DNA of 64,000 bases, taken from NCBI GenBank assembly GCA_965140415.1, contig OZ223209.1, positions 5,312,001 to 5,376,000 on the forward strand, written 5' to 3'. The notes under the pieces are model-generated. The model worked only from the letters and a program-made list of their open reading frames with translations, was not told the DNA's origin and made no database searches. The stretch is from Myxococcota bacterium (GTDB lineage Bacteria > Myxococcota_A > SURF-8). Position 1 is the first letter of the stretch. Every line of letters begins with the position of its first letter. Below, in pieces: positions 49,297 to 58,677 of the stretch. The translations under genes were made by a program, and so were the position numbers.

Positions 49297-51345
49297 CTAT
49301 TTACTGCTCTCCAGATCCAGATACCTCAACCGGAAAGCCATTAGCCATTCCTTTTCAGCCTTGGTCAACTCGGCGGTTTCAAATTTCTTAATCAGCCAGT
49401 CGAGAGGCACATCATTGAAGCTGGCCATGGGCTGCAATAGTTCTCGGTATCCAGCGACCACACTTGCGCAAGCATCATCTTCTGGGTGACGCACCAGCAT
49501 GAACATCCCAGTCTCGTAGGGTGATCCCGGATGGACCTGTAGGGCGATAACCAGCAAATGGTCGCGCCATAGCTGGTTGTGGATGATGGCATCCACCTTG
49601 TCGTCGGTATCCGGCAAAAATATCGATGGCTCCGTCTGCATCCAGCGCCGGTAGGCCGGGCCGTCATAATGCTTTTGCGAAAACGGCTCGGTCAGTTTCG
49701 TTTCAATTCCAATGAAGGCCAGCTTTCCGTTTGTACGTTCGTAGTCGATGAAAGCGTCGAAGGCGGTGCGGTCATTGAGCATTTCATCCCTCGGTTCCGG
49801 CGCAAATTCGATCGTCACCCCTCGTACCTTTTTAACTTCACCCGGCAGGGTCGTCTGCAATAGCTTGGTGGCCAGCTTCGTATCAATCACCATTGGCCCG
49901 AAGAGATTAAAACACATCGGCTGGCTGGACAGCATGTTGTGAAGCAGACGGTAACGCTCCACAACTCCGATATTCATTGCCAGACGTGCCAGCGCTACTC
50001 GGAAAATCTCCGGTGTGAGGAAGTTCGCACCGGCTTCCGACGCTTCTGGCGCCAGCATATTTCCGTAATAGTTAAGACTGTTGGCCTTCGGTCCCTTGCC
50101 GTAGGGCGCATTGAGGATCTCGGACCTGTACCAGCTCTGATGATGACGCATGCGCGCAGTGAAGGCGTTATCGCCACTGTACTGAGGACCTAGACCCATG
50201 TGATCGGATGAATCCGATTGTTTCGGTTTCGGTTTATTAAGTCGTTTTCGGTCTGTTTGGCAGACGGGCTTGTGCGCCGCAACGCTCGGAGCTTGCTTAA
50301 GTCGCTTTAGATCTGCCAATCCTTCCACTTTTAAACCGAACCAACCGGGCCAGGCCGCCAAAGCCACCTTGGCGGTCTCTACTCGTCCGATAGCAGCCAT
50401 CTCCGGACAGTCATAAAGCTCACCCATCAATCTCGCGAGCTGACTGAAAAACGGGTTTAGTTCGTCTGTATGCTTGCGAAAGTAGTCCAGGTAGTCCTGC
50501 ACTTGGGTGAGGGCGCTGTAGTCCTTTTCACGTTTCAACTCAATCAGCACCAGAGTCCGGCTGACCAAGTCTACAGCAAGCAAATCGGTGAACAGCTGAC
50601 CTCGTTTCCTAGGATTATCGATGCGCCACTGACTATGAAGAAAGCGCAGACGCTCGGGAAATCCGGGCATGGTAAGATGATTGGCCTGCGCTTCACTGAT
50701 TATCTTGGCTTCAAGCTGATTCTCCCTGGAGTTGCCTTTCTGCCTCGATCGAACACCGTCAAGATAGGCGATACGCGAGGGAATACTCGCTTCGACAGCC
50801 AGCCAGGTCGTCCCGCGTCGCAGCAACGACTGGTCTCCTTCGCCAATACCAATTCTTGGTTTAGGTGAGCGGGCATGCAAATCCACCATACGAACCCCGC
50901 TGTCCAATGGCCGAAAGTACACGCCACCGAATGCAGGAATCGCGTCCATACGCTGCTTGATATCCCGGAATTCTTCGGTGGCCATATAGGCCAGGGTGTC
51001 GTAATGACCGGATCTCACAACGTTTCCGGCAGTTGCAACTGGGACGGGCTTCGATTTTATTGGCTTTGATTTTGGGGCTTTCGGTTGGGGGGCAGAACCG
51101 GCAAGCTCCCAGATTGAACCGCGTTTCGTTCTCGATTGCAACTCGGTTAGCAGAGGTTGACCGCTATCATCGATCAGATTTTTAAGAGCTTTGCCGACAA
51201 ATGCGTGGTAATGCGAGTGTGTTTTCAAATGCTCGTGGGCCTCCCGCATAACCTGATGTTCAGAAATATCTTTTGTTGCGAAAGTGCCGGACATACATGC
51301 AATGGCTGCCAGCATGGCCTTGCGATTGACGTCTTTATAACCCAT
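49297..51345 (-). CDS. Multidomain protein with two PD-(D/E)XK-type nuclease domains (C-terminal PGN_0703-like)
   Basis: TDLLAVD...LIELKR...QVQDY; then NMLSSQPMCFNLFGP, DRTAFDAF, GIETKLTE, QLWRDHL. Confidence 0.7.
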   Translation of the reverse strand: MGYKDVNRKAMLAAIACMSGTFATKDISEHQVMREAHEHLKTHSHYHAFVGKALKNLIDDSGQPLLTELQSRTKRGSIWELAGSAPQPKAPKSKPIKSKPVPVATAGNVVRSGHYDTLAYMATEEFRDIKQRMDAIPAFGGVYFRPLDSGVRMVDLHARSPKPRIGIGEGDQSLLRRGTTWLAVEASIPSRIAYLDGVRSRQKGNSRENQLEAKIISEAQANHLTMPGFPERLRFLHSQWRIDNPRKRGQLFTDLLAVDLVSRTLVLIELKREKDYSALTQVQDYLDYFRKHTDELNPFFSQLARLMGELYDCPEMAAIGRVETAKVALAAWPGWFGLKVEGLADLKRLKQAPSVAAHKPVCQTDRKRLNKPKPKQSDSSDHMGLGPQYSGDNAFTARMRHHQSWYRSEILNAPYGKGPKANSLNYYGNMLAPEASEAGANFLTPEIFRVALARLAMNIGVVERYRLLHNMLSSQPMCFNLFGPMVIDTKLATKLLQTTLPGEVKKVRGVTIEFAPEPRDEMLNDRTAFDAFIDYERTNGKLAFIGIETKLTEPFSQKHYDGPAYRRWMQTEPSIFLPDTDDKVDAIIHNQLWRDHLLVIALQVHPGSPYETGMFMLVRHPEDDACASVVAGYRELLQPMASFNDVPLDWLIKKFETAELTKAEKEWLMAFRLRYLDLESSK

Positions 51346-51383
51346 AATTATCTCCCAAATCCGCTCTGTTCAACATGTCTGAG

Positions 51384-51416
51384 AGCATATATCACGCTGC
51401 GACAGAATACGTCGCC
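51384..51416 (-). promoter_or_regulatory. WYL-activator-type promoter, box 3
   Basis: Minus strand GGCGAC-GTATTCT-GTCGC-AGCGTGATA-TATGCT. Confidence 0.6.
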
Positions 51417-51444
51417 ACGTGAACAGTCAGAGCAGGAATTGTTC

Positions 51445-52491
51445 TCAGACTTTCTCATACTTTGCCAGTGCATTTCGCATACGACCTGCTACATATTTGC
51501 GGAAGGCTTTCGGAGTGATAGCTTCGGCATGTTCACCCATCGAAAGCACCCACTCACCGATTTCCTGAAACCCTCTCACCCGCAGGCTGATCAACATACT
51601 GCCGTCTCGCTTATATGAGAGGGACTGGCTGTGATGCCAGAAACGTTCGCGGGCATAGGGGGCGAAGACTGGATCGATGCGGACTTTGACCGTACGAAGC
51701 TTTCCGTCTGGCCAGATGGCAAAGGCATCAGAAAAATAATCCTCAGCGGAAAAGCCCGTCGGATAATCGAACATCTCAAGATCCTGACAACAGCGCGCAT
51801 CTTGAATTCTGTCTAACGCTAATAGGATACGCCGCTCCGTCTTCTTCCAGTCGCCTTCGACGACATCCGCGATAAAGTACATTCCATTTCGATGCAGCGC
51901 TGCGCCAAGCAGATTTACTCGAAGATAGCGGGCGGGCTTGTTCAAAGCCTTCTGGGCGTGCGACAAATACGTAAGGTCGACCGGCTTTTCCGTAAGCAGA
52001 CCTTCCAGCATTTGAGCGAGCCGCTTCTGAAGCTCTTCGTTACGGCGATAATCTTTGATTCCGGCTGACACGACGTGAATCTTTTTCTCCAGACGTTTCA
52101 ACCGTAGCTTTTCCCCTGGATTGAGAGATTCCCGGAACTGGTCGAGGATCGGCTCCACTTCGGTAGCGAAATGGTGACCGGAAAGAAAACCCGTAACACG
52201 AGCGCCGACCGATACCGCCAGTATCTGCCAGGGGCTTATCTTCCATCGCTTGGAAGATCGATTCAGGAAATAGGACACGCCAAAGCTATCGTCTTCCTCA
52301 GCTATCAGCCGTTCTTGTAGTACATCTTTCAAGATTGCCAGATCGCGTTCCAATGTGCGGCGGCTGATATTAAAGGTTTTCGCTTCTTCTTTTGAGCAGA
52401 GTTTCCGCCCAAGAAGCAGCATATCGTACAGCATCAGAAGGCGTTGACCTTGGGGATATTTGCCTTTGGGTTTCTTGCGCGGATTTGACAT
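51445..52491 (-). CDS. HTH-WYL-WCX transcriptional regulator (second copy)
   Basis: ISRRTLERDLAIL; MYFIA; LALDRI; WHHSQ; WVLSMGEHAEAITP. Confidence 0.9.
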   Translation of the reverse strand: MSNPRKKPKGKYPQGQRLLMLYDMLLLGRKLCSKEEAKTFNISRRTLERDLAILKDVLQERLIAEEDDSFGVSYFLNRSSKRWKISPWQILAVSVGARVTGFLSGHHFATEVEPILDQFRESLNPGEKLRLKRLEKKIHVVSAGIKDYRRNEELQKRLAQMLEGLLTEKPVDLTYLSHAQKALNKPARYLRVNLLGAALHRNGMYFIADVVEGDWKKTERRILLALDRIQDARCCQDLEMFDYPTGFSAEDYFSDAFAIWPDGKLRTVKVRIDPVFAPYARERFWHHSQSLSYKRDGSMLISLRVRGFQEIGEWVLSMGEHAEAITPKAFRKYVAGRMRNALAKYEKV

Positions 52492-52771
52492 TCAGAATAT
52501 CTCCCTAAAGATAAAGATTGCTCTTTATTATCACATCTTAGGGAGTTTGATGAGAAGTGAAATTGTTTCTTAGATCTCCTCCAACACCCGCTTCACCACC
52601 TCCACCGCCATCTTCTGGCGGGCTTTCTTGACAGAGCTCATTAGGGGCCATGTGGTGGTTAATCTATTACCTGAAGTCCCCAATCCAACAGGGATAATAC
52701 TGTTAAATTAAGCACTTAAGGTTTTAGAAAGTTTGTTTGAACGTGGTTTTGGAAAAATCTACACATAAAAC

Positions 52772-52807
52772 TTGACAGGTAGTGTGGGTATATATAGTCT
52801 ATACCCA
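52772..52807 (+). promoter_or_regulatory. Sigma70 promoter with an overlapping inverted repeat
   Basis: TTGACA-N17-TAGTCT; TGGGTATA-N7-TATACCCA spans the -10. Confidence 0.6.
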
Positions 52808-52830
52808 ATAGTCAATGAAGGAGGATCAAC

Positions 52831-53322
52831 ATGAAACTTGCGATCTATATACCGAAAGACTTGGAGAAAGAACTTAAAGAGTACGGTGATCGAATCAAGG
52901 AGCGGAAAGGCTATTCACGTCTTTTCACTGAAGCCATACGGAAGGAAATTGCAAAAATGAGGCAGGTTGAAATGAGCACGCAAAATGAAACGAATATGGA
53001 CGAGATAATTGAACGCCTACGTCGACAGAAGGAGGAAGCCATGGATACGAGCTATCAGGCCGGATACGCAGAAGGAGAGTCTCGCGCATCTGGAATGGAC
53101 TATGATGAGTTGAAACGTATCGGGGACTACGTCCAACATCGTGTATACGAACAGACCGGCAAGATCGCCGATGGTATTTACGAAACCTTGGATGGAGTTG
53201 GCTTTGAGGTTCATCGTGATCGATTGGCCCAAGAACACGGAATCGAGGATCCCGATGAGTACGTCAACGGTCTGACGAAGGGCATTGCGGCCTTTTGGAA
53301 AAGAATTGAGAAGCGGCTATAA
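52831..53322 (+). CDS. Hypothetical protein with a ribbon-helix-helix-like N-terminus
   Basis: MKLAIYIPKDLEKEL...YSRLFTEAIRKEI; AAGGAGG RBS. Confidence 0.65.
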   Translation: MKLAIYIPKDLEKELKEYGDRIKERKGYSRLFTEAIRKEIAKMRQVEMSTQNETNMDEIIERLRRQKEEAMDTSYQAGYAEGESRASGMDYDELKRIGDYVQHRVYEQTGKIADGIYETLDGVGFEVHRDRLAQEHGIEDPDEYVNGLTKGIAAFWKRIEKRL

Positions 53323-53378
53323 TTGACAAAAACGGTTTTGGGGAACTGATGGGGTGATCTCTTGTGAAAAGAATCACC

Positions 53379-53741
53379 TCATTTTTTTGTTTTCTTTACT
53401 CCGTCCGGATACTCCTCAAACACCCGCGCCATGACATCCAGCACCATCTCGCCTTCGGTGGCAGTGCGGTCACGCATGAGGGCCCGGAAGCGCTGGGTCA
53501 GGATATCGAGGTCGGACTCTTTCTTGTCGAGGCTGATCTGGAAAAATTCAGAGAACGGCACACCCAGAGCTTGGGCAAGCCGGTGGAAGGTTTCAATACC
53601 GGGCAGCTGCACACCGCGCTCCAGGCGACTGATGCTCTCCACGGACAGATCGGCCAGTTCAGATAACCGATTCTGGCTCACTCCCGCCTGCTTTCGCAGT
53701 TTCTTCAATTGTTTGCCGATTTCGGCTTTCAGTTCCTTCAT
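53379..53741 (-). CDS. XRE-family HTH regulator
   Basis: IGKQLKKLRKQAGVSQNRLSELADLSVESISRLERG; GGAG RBS. Confidence 0.85.
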   Translation of the reverse strand: MKELKAEIGKQLKKLRKQAGVSQNRLSELADLSVESISRLERGVQLPGIETFHRLAQALGVPFSEFFQISLDKKESDLDILTQRFRALMRDRTATEGEMVLDVMARVFEEYPDGVKKTKK

Positions 53742-53820
53742 GGGCATCTCCAAGGATTGATGAATAATCTCAAATCCTTGTCCATGCTGGAAGGAACCGG
53801 TAAGACCAATAAGTTTATTA

Positions 53821-53849
53821 TTGACTAGGATATATACGACTATTATGCT
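53821..53849 (+). promoter_or_regulatory. Sigma70 promoter of the PQQ/LamG lipoprotein gene
   Basis: TTGACT-N17-TATGCT. Confidence 0.55.
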
Positions 53850-53967
53850 GAATTCAGCCAGAACCAATCGGATGAACACACAGGGGAAACCGGCCGAAAA
53901 ATCGCCGTCGTCTTTGCCATAAGAATCGATGAAGGCGATTTATCAACGTTACGAGAAGGAGACCGAC

Positions 53968-56547
53968 ATGAGAATTTGGATTTTGCTTTGGATCGGACTT
54001 GTTGCGTGGGGTTGTACGGATTCGTCGCTCACCACGGGCGGTTCCCCAGAAGGCGATTCGGACCTGGATGAGACGGCTCAGGACGGCGATATCGACACGC
54101 CGGATTCGGATGGGGACACGGAGCCGGTGGATGGGGATGGCACGGACGGCGACACGGAGGTGGAGGACGGAGACATGGATGGTATCGTTGATGGCGATGA
54201 GGACGTGCGGCCGGATGGGGATGAAGAAATCGATCCGGAGGGTATTTGCGCTTGCGGTCCTGCCGTAACAGACTGCTGCGATGGCTGTAATCTGCTGGCC
54301 GGTTTCTGCCTGATCAACGATTCCTGCGTTTCGGACGGAGAAGCCGACCCGAACGAACCCTGCCTGTTTTGCGATGCAGATGCCGATCCGCTTGCCTGGA
54401 CACCGAAAGACAACGGCGCGGTCTGCGATGACGATGACGCCTGCTCTACGCGCAGCAACTGCCGGGAGGGTGTCTGTACGGCGGTCGAATGGATCGCAAA
54501 TGACTGCACCGAGTACATGGCGTGCGGCTGGTCGCCCTCCGGCTGCTTCGAGTGTGGAAGCTGCAATGCCGACACCCAGGTCTGCTGGGAGTGCGACTCG
54601 TCCGTCCAATCCTGTTGGCCGGGGGATGGGATCGACACGAAGGTCTGCGCGCCGGATGAAGGCGGTTCCTGCGGCGATATGAGCGGGCTTCAGGCGGGAA
54701 GTCCCTGGCCGATGTATGCAGGATGTCCTTCTCTACAGGGACGCTCTGGCAACCATGGTCCAGCCGTGCCATCTCTCCGATGGGCGTTCAAAACGGAAGG
54801 GATCGCAGGCTCTCCCGTTCTGGGAAACGATGGGACAGTCTATTTCGCGTCTTACGACAAAAATCTGTATGCCATACGTCCCGATGGACAAGAAAAGTGG
54901 CGGTTTTCAGCCGGAGGGACGATATACGGTTGGCCGGCCCTTCGCAATGACGGCAGCCTTGTATTCGGCAGTGCCGATGTAGCGCTTCATGCTGTCGATG
55001 AGGATGGAGAGGAACTCTGGACGTTGCCGATCGACGGTCGGCTGGATTCCCGGATTTCCATCGGGGGAGACGGGACGATCTATCTGGGCGGAGGTACCTC
55101 CAGCGATACTTTGTATGCCGTTACACCGGGTGGCTCGGAGAAATGGCGGTTCACTGTCGGCGCGGCGGCCTACGTAACCGGCACGGTTTCGCCGTCCGGG
55201 ACCGTTTATGTCGGATCGACCCAGGGTCTTCACGCCATCGATTCCGAAGGGAATGAGATCTGGAGCCAACCGATAAACGGTTATCCGTTTGTGCCGGCGA
55301 TCGGCGCCGATGGAACCCTGTACTTTGGAACGCTCAACGACGAGTATTACTATGCTGTCTCTCCAGAAGACGGCATCCGCTGGCGGCTTTCTTTAGGGTC
55401 GCGAGCGGGAGGCGGACCGACGATCGGCGCGGACGGCACGATTTACTTTCCGCGGTACAACCCGGGAATGGTCGCCGCCGTCAATCCAGACGGCAGCATC
55501 CGCTGGAAGTATGAAACGGAAGGGGATGTTTGGTCGACACCTTCACTTGACGCTGATGGAGTATTATATTTTGGAACAATGGACGGCTACGTCAACGCCC
55601 TAGACTCTTCGACAGGCACGCTCCTATGGCAGTATGCAACCGGGGATGGCGATCGGTCAAACGTCACCATCGGTCTGAATCGCGATCTCTATTTCGGCTC
55701 CTACGACGGCTATCTCTACGCCCTGGGCGATTGCCGGGAAGGCGATCCCTGCATGGAGGATCGGGCCCTGGAGTTTGATGGTCAACCTGGATATGGCGTA
55801 ATCACCGATCGTATTCTCTTCAGGAAAGCTGAAACCGGAACTTTGGAGGCGTGGATTAGACCGAACCCTGGAGGAATCATTTACAGCGAAGCGGTCAGCG
55901 TCATGCTGAGTTTGCGCGCCACAGTGGATGAGAAGATTTGCTTCAATCAGTGGGGATCTGCGACCCACTGGGATGTTAAATGCATATCCGAGGATGGTCG
56001 TTTGCGTAAAGAGCAATGGAATCATGTCGCCGTCACGAAAGACGGAGAATACGTGACGATATTTCTCAATGGAATCAATATTTTGCACAGCGCCATCGAC
56101 CTTCCGCCGTTCACAGTAGAAGAAGAATTCTCAAGCTATGTCGGATTCGGTCAGGCAGGTGCATCACAAACCTTTTTCAATGGTATCATCGATGAACTTC
56201 GCATCTCCGACACAGTCCGCTACACCGAAGATTTCGAGCCCGCCTTCCGACATGAACCCGACGAGCATACGCTAGGCCTGTGGCATTTCGACATCGGACG
56301 TGATGAGGCGGTTTTCGCAGCACATGGTCAATTGCCTCCTGGCTCTCTGGAGGGAACAGCCGCGAGAACGGCCAATGGCGACGGTGTGGTACGCAATTGG
56401 ACCTGCGCACCGGGCTGGAAGCGCTGTGCGGACCAGGTGACCGTGGATATCTGCAATGAATCCGGTCGCTGGGTGGAATGGCGAAGTTGTGAGGGAGCGG
56501 AAACCTGCCAGGAAACCGGTGCGCGGCAGGCGGCTTGCGCGGAATAG
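53968..56547 (+). CDS. Lipoprotein: DGD linker, Cys-rich region, PQQ-like beta-propeller and LamG-like domain
   Basis: VAWGC lipobox; repeated SP.IG.DGTIY.GS...LYA...DG..KW units; TLEAWIRP...WNHVAV...FNGIIDELRIS; AAGGAG RBS. Confidence 0.8.
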   Translation: MRIWILLWIGLVAWGCTDSSLTTGGSPEGDSDLDETAQDGDIDTPDSDGDTEPVDGDGTDGDTEVEDGDMDGIVDGDEDVRPDGDEEIDPEGICACGPAVTDCCDGCNLLAGFCLINDSCVSDGEADPNEPCLFCDADADPLAWTPKDNGAVCDDDDACSTRSNCREGVCTAVEWIANDCTEYMACGWSPSGCFECGSCNADTQVCWECDSSVQSCWPGDGIDTKVCAPDEGGSCGDMSGLQAGSPWPMYAGCPSLQGRSGNHGPAVPSLRWAFKTEGIAGSPVLGNDGTVYFASYDKNLYAIRPDGQEKWRFSAGGTIYGWPALRNDGSLVFGSADVALHAVDEDGEELWTLPIDGRLDSRISIGGDGTIYLGGGTSSDTLYAVTPGGSEKWRFTVGAAAYVTGTVSPSGTVYVGSTQGLHAIDSEGNEIWSQPINGYPFVPAIGADGTLYFGTLNDEYYYAVSPEDGIRWRLSLGSRAGGGPTIGADGTIYFPRYNPGMVAAVNPDGSIRWKYETEGDVWSTPSLDADGVLYFGTMDGYVNALDSSTGTLLWQYATGDGDRSNVTIGLNRDLYFGSYDGYLYALGDCREGDPCMEDRALEFDGQPGYGVITDRILFRKAETGTLEAWIRPNPGGIIYSEAVSVMLSLRATVDEKICFNQWGSATHWDVKCISEDGRLRKEQWNHVAVTKDGEYVTIFLNGINILHSAIDLPPFTVEEEFSSYVGFGQAGASQTFFNGIIDELRISDTVRYTEDFEPAFRHEPDEHTLGLWHFDIGRDEAVFAAHGQLPPGSLEGTAARTANGDGVVRNWTCAPGWKRCADQVTVDICNESGRWVEWRSCEGAETCQETGARQAACAE

Positions 56548-56918
56548 GCTGCAGGGCCATAGGAACGCCAGCAGACACTGGGTAAATGAAAATATCTGTG
56601 CGGGTGAAAAGAGCTGCGAGACGAAAAGCGCAGCCGAAGCGCACTGTGAGTAAAGCTGGAAATCACCCCCAAAAAATCTGAGACGGCCGGTCACGGGAGC
56701 ATTTTCAATCTCGTCCGGCCGTTTCTTTTACCTGCCGACCGACAAGTTGACCGTCGGATTGGCGCAACTTCCCGGAAATCGACCTGATTGGTAGTAGAGG
56801 GAGGGGCCGTTTCCCGGGCGAAAGCGAAAAATCCATAGGCCTCGGGCTATACGAGCGTCGGCGCATACATAGGAAATTTGGAAGACGTTTTCCGAATCGT
56901 ATCGGCGCTCCAGGTAAA

Positions 56919-56956
56919 GAAGAAGGCTGGAACCTTCTTCCGCCGCAAGGGGGCGG
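56919..56956. terminator. Two adjacent hairpins at the end of the ThiF operon
   Basis: GAAGAAGG-CTGGAA-CCTTCTTC and CCGCC-GCAAGG-GGCGG. Confidence 0.4.
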
Positions 56957-56994
56957 CCGGTGGGAATGGATGGTGGGATTGTTGGGGGATATGC

Positions 56995-57105
56995 TCACTT
57001 CACTTTCTTCTTCAATCGCTTCGCCGCCTTGTCGAACAGCTTGCCGGTCAGAATGGCCATGGCCTGCACGACAGCGGCCTTCAGGATGCGCGTGGTCTCC
57101 TTCAT
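56995..57105 (-). CDS. 36-aa cationic peptide
   Basis: Not in the ORF track. MKETTRILKAAVVQAMAILTGKLFDKAAKRLKKKVK; ATGA overlap with the upstream stop; GC3-rich codons like its neighbours. Confidence 0.55.
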   Translation of the reverse strand: MKETTRILKAAVVQAMAILTGKLFDKAAKRLKKKVK

Positions 57106-57392
57106 GCGTCGCGCTCGCTGTCCGCATCCCAGGTTTCAGTATCGGCGGTGTCCGTGAAGTCATCGTTCAGGCTGTCAATATCCTCGTTGGGCACGATCAA
57201 GCGATCGAGGGCATAGCCGACCAGGCCGCCGATGGCTCCGCCGGCCGCCGATCCGGCTGGACCGGCCACAGCAGCACCGACCGAGGCCAGCACCCCGGCG
57301 CCAATGGCGGCATGGCGATTCTTGCGGATGATGGCGAAGAGTCCCTTCCGGGTTTCCTCCAGGTCCGTGTTCAGATTATCCAGGTCGTTCAT
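57102..57392 (-). CDS. 96-aa glycine-zipper membrane protein
   Basis: AAIGAGVLASVGAAVAGPAGSAAGGAIGGLVG with an acidic tail; AAAGGA RBS. Confidence 0.65.
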   Translation of the reverse strand: MNDLDNLNTDLEETRKGLFAIIRKNRHAAIGAGVLASVGAAVAGPAGSAAGGAIGGLVGYALDRLIVPNEDIDSLNDDFTDTADTETWDADSERDA

Positions 57393-57412
57393 TCGGGTTC
57401 CTTTCGTTTCGG

Positions 57413-58105
57413 TTACTCGACCGCCAGCCCGAAGGCCGAGCAGTCCACGACGATCTTGCGCGGGAGCGGCTGTCCCAGCGCGTGTTTCTTCACCAGGATG
57501 GCCGCCAGCGCGCCCGTGAGCATGGAGTTGTAGATCACCGCCCGCGCCGTACAGGGCAGTTGCATCGACTCCGCTGCAGGATGCAGGGTTTCCTTGTAAG
57601 CCTGCGCACCCATCAGGTCGCCGTGGGACTTGGCGGTGTAGATCACGATGAACTCGCCGCCCTGACGCGGATCGATGATCGTGATGGGCCGAGCGCGGCT
57701 GCCCTGGGCCTTGGCCTGTTCCCAGATCGTCCGGCGCGCGTCCATGTTGTCGACACAACTGATGACCAGGCGCTTGGGCTCGTCACGTCCAAGGGGCTGG
57801 TTGGTGTACCGCTGACGGAACTGACCGGGCAAGAGGCCGGTGACGCGATAGACCTCGACGCCCAGCGCCACGGCCTTGGACTGGCCCAGGTATTCAGCGC
57901 CGAAAAGTTGGTTGGGCTGGTTGTGCGGCTCTACCGTGTCGTCGTCGTAGATGTTGAGATCGGTGCAGCCCATCTTGGCCAGCGCCAGAGCGGTGTAACT
58001 CCCGGAAGCACCCGCGCCGATGATGGTGATGGGGAAGTTCAGCTTGTCGGGATGGATGATATCAAGCTGGCGATGGAACTGGGTATCAATCGTCGTGCGG
58101 TCCAT
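57413..58105 (-). CDS. ThiF/E1-like adenylyltransferase
   Basis: RQLDII, IIGAGASGS, DDDTVEPHNQPNQ, SCVDNMDAR, LPCTARA; AAAGGA RBS. Confidence 0.8.
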   Translation of the reverse strand: MDRTTIDTQFHRQLDIIHPDKLNFPITIIGAGASGSYTALALAKMGCTDLNIYDDDTVEPHNQPNQLFGAEYLGQSKAVALGVEVYRVTGLLPGQFRQRYTNQPLGRDEPKRLVISCVDNMDARRTIWEQAKAQGSRARPITIIDPRQGGEFIVIYTAKSHGDLMGAQAYKETLHPAAESMQLPCTARAVIYNSMLTGALAAILVKKHALGQPLPRKIVVDCSAFGLAVE

Positions 58106-58116
58106 GGCAAATCCTT

Positions 58117-58464
58117 TCAGTTGTTGCGCGTAATCTCCGGAATCTGGGAAAGCGGCGTGGGGGTGAAGTGGATATCGCGTTCGATGGCCTGCAGGCCGGG
58201 GATGCGCTGGCCGTTGATGCGGGCTTCCAGGGATTCGAGTTCGGAGAGGGAGAAGTAGCCGAGTTCGCCGCAGCCGGGCAGCACCTCGGCCCAACCGAAG
58301 CAGGTGTCACCGCCGTCGTGGTCGAATTCGGTCAAGTACCAGACCGCCCCACCATAGGCATGAAACCAACGGATGTGGGCGACGGCCTCCATGCCTTTTC
58401 CGTCCTGGGCGTACAAGGGTGGGATCGTCTTGCGGATGGATTGGGGGAGCAGTTTCTTCTTCAT
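58117..58464 (-). CDS. DUF2958-family protein
   Basis: IPPLYAQD...WYLTEFD...CFGW...ELGYFSLSELE...IERDIHF. Confidence 0.8.
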   Translation of the reverse strand: MKKKLLPQSIRKTIPPLYAQDGKGMEAVAHIRWFHAYGGAVWYLTEFDHDGGDTCFGWAEVLPGCGELGYFSLSELESLEARINGQRIPGLQAIERDIHFTPTPLSQIPEITRNN

Positions 58465-58677
58465 CGGATTACCTTCTTGTTTGGGGAAAACAGGCACACC
58501 CCTCCGCCCCATCCAGAGCGGATGGTCGGAAAGGTGGCTGAAATGGTTGGGAAATTCAGGCTAGAAGTGCTTGTCTGTTACTTCTCTTATAACACAATCA
58601 AGGAGGCTTTTCCGATCAGTTCTCCCTTCGGGTTCTAAGCAAATAGCGAATCACCTATTTCAAGAGTTTAAGAGAGG

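Noticed and set aside
56680-56760. Long hairpin (GAGACGGCCGG...CCGGCCGTTTC) and CCGAC-N9-GTCGG palindrome as ncRNA or a fourth WYL box
   Set aside because: Lies between convergent genes and is adequately explained as a terminator; the palindrome spacing is 9, not 7, and no -10 follows.
57413-58105. CBASS Cap2 or a ubiquitin-like conjugation defence system
   Set aside because: No cyclase, E2, JAB or ubiquitin-like gene adjacent.
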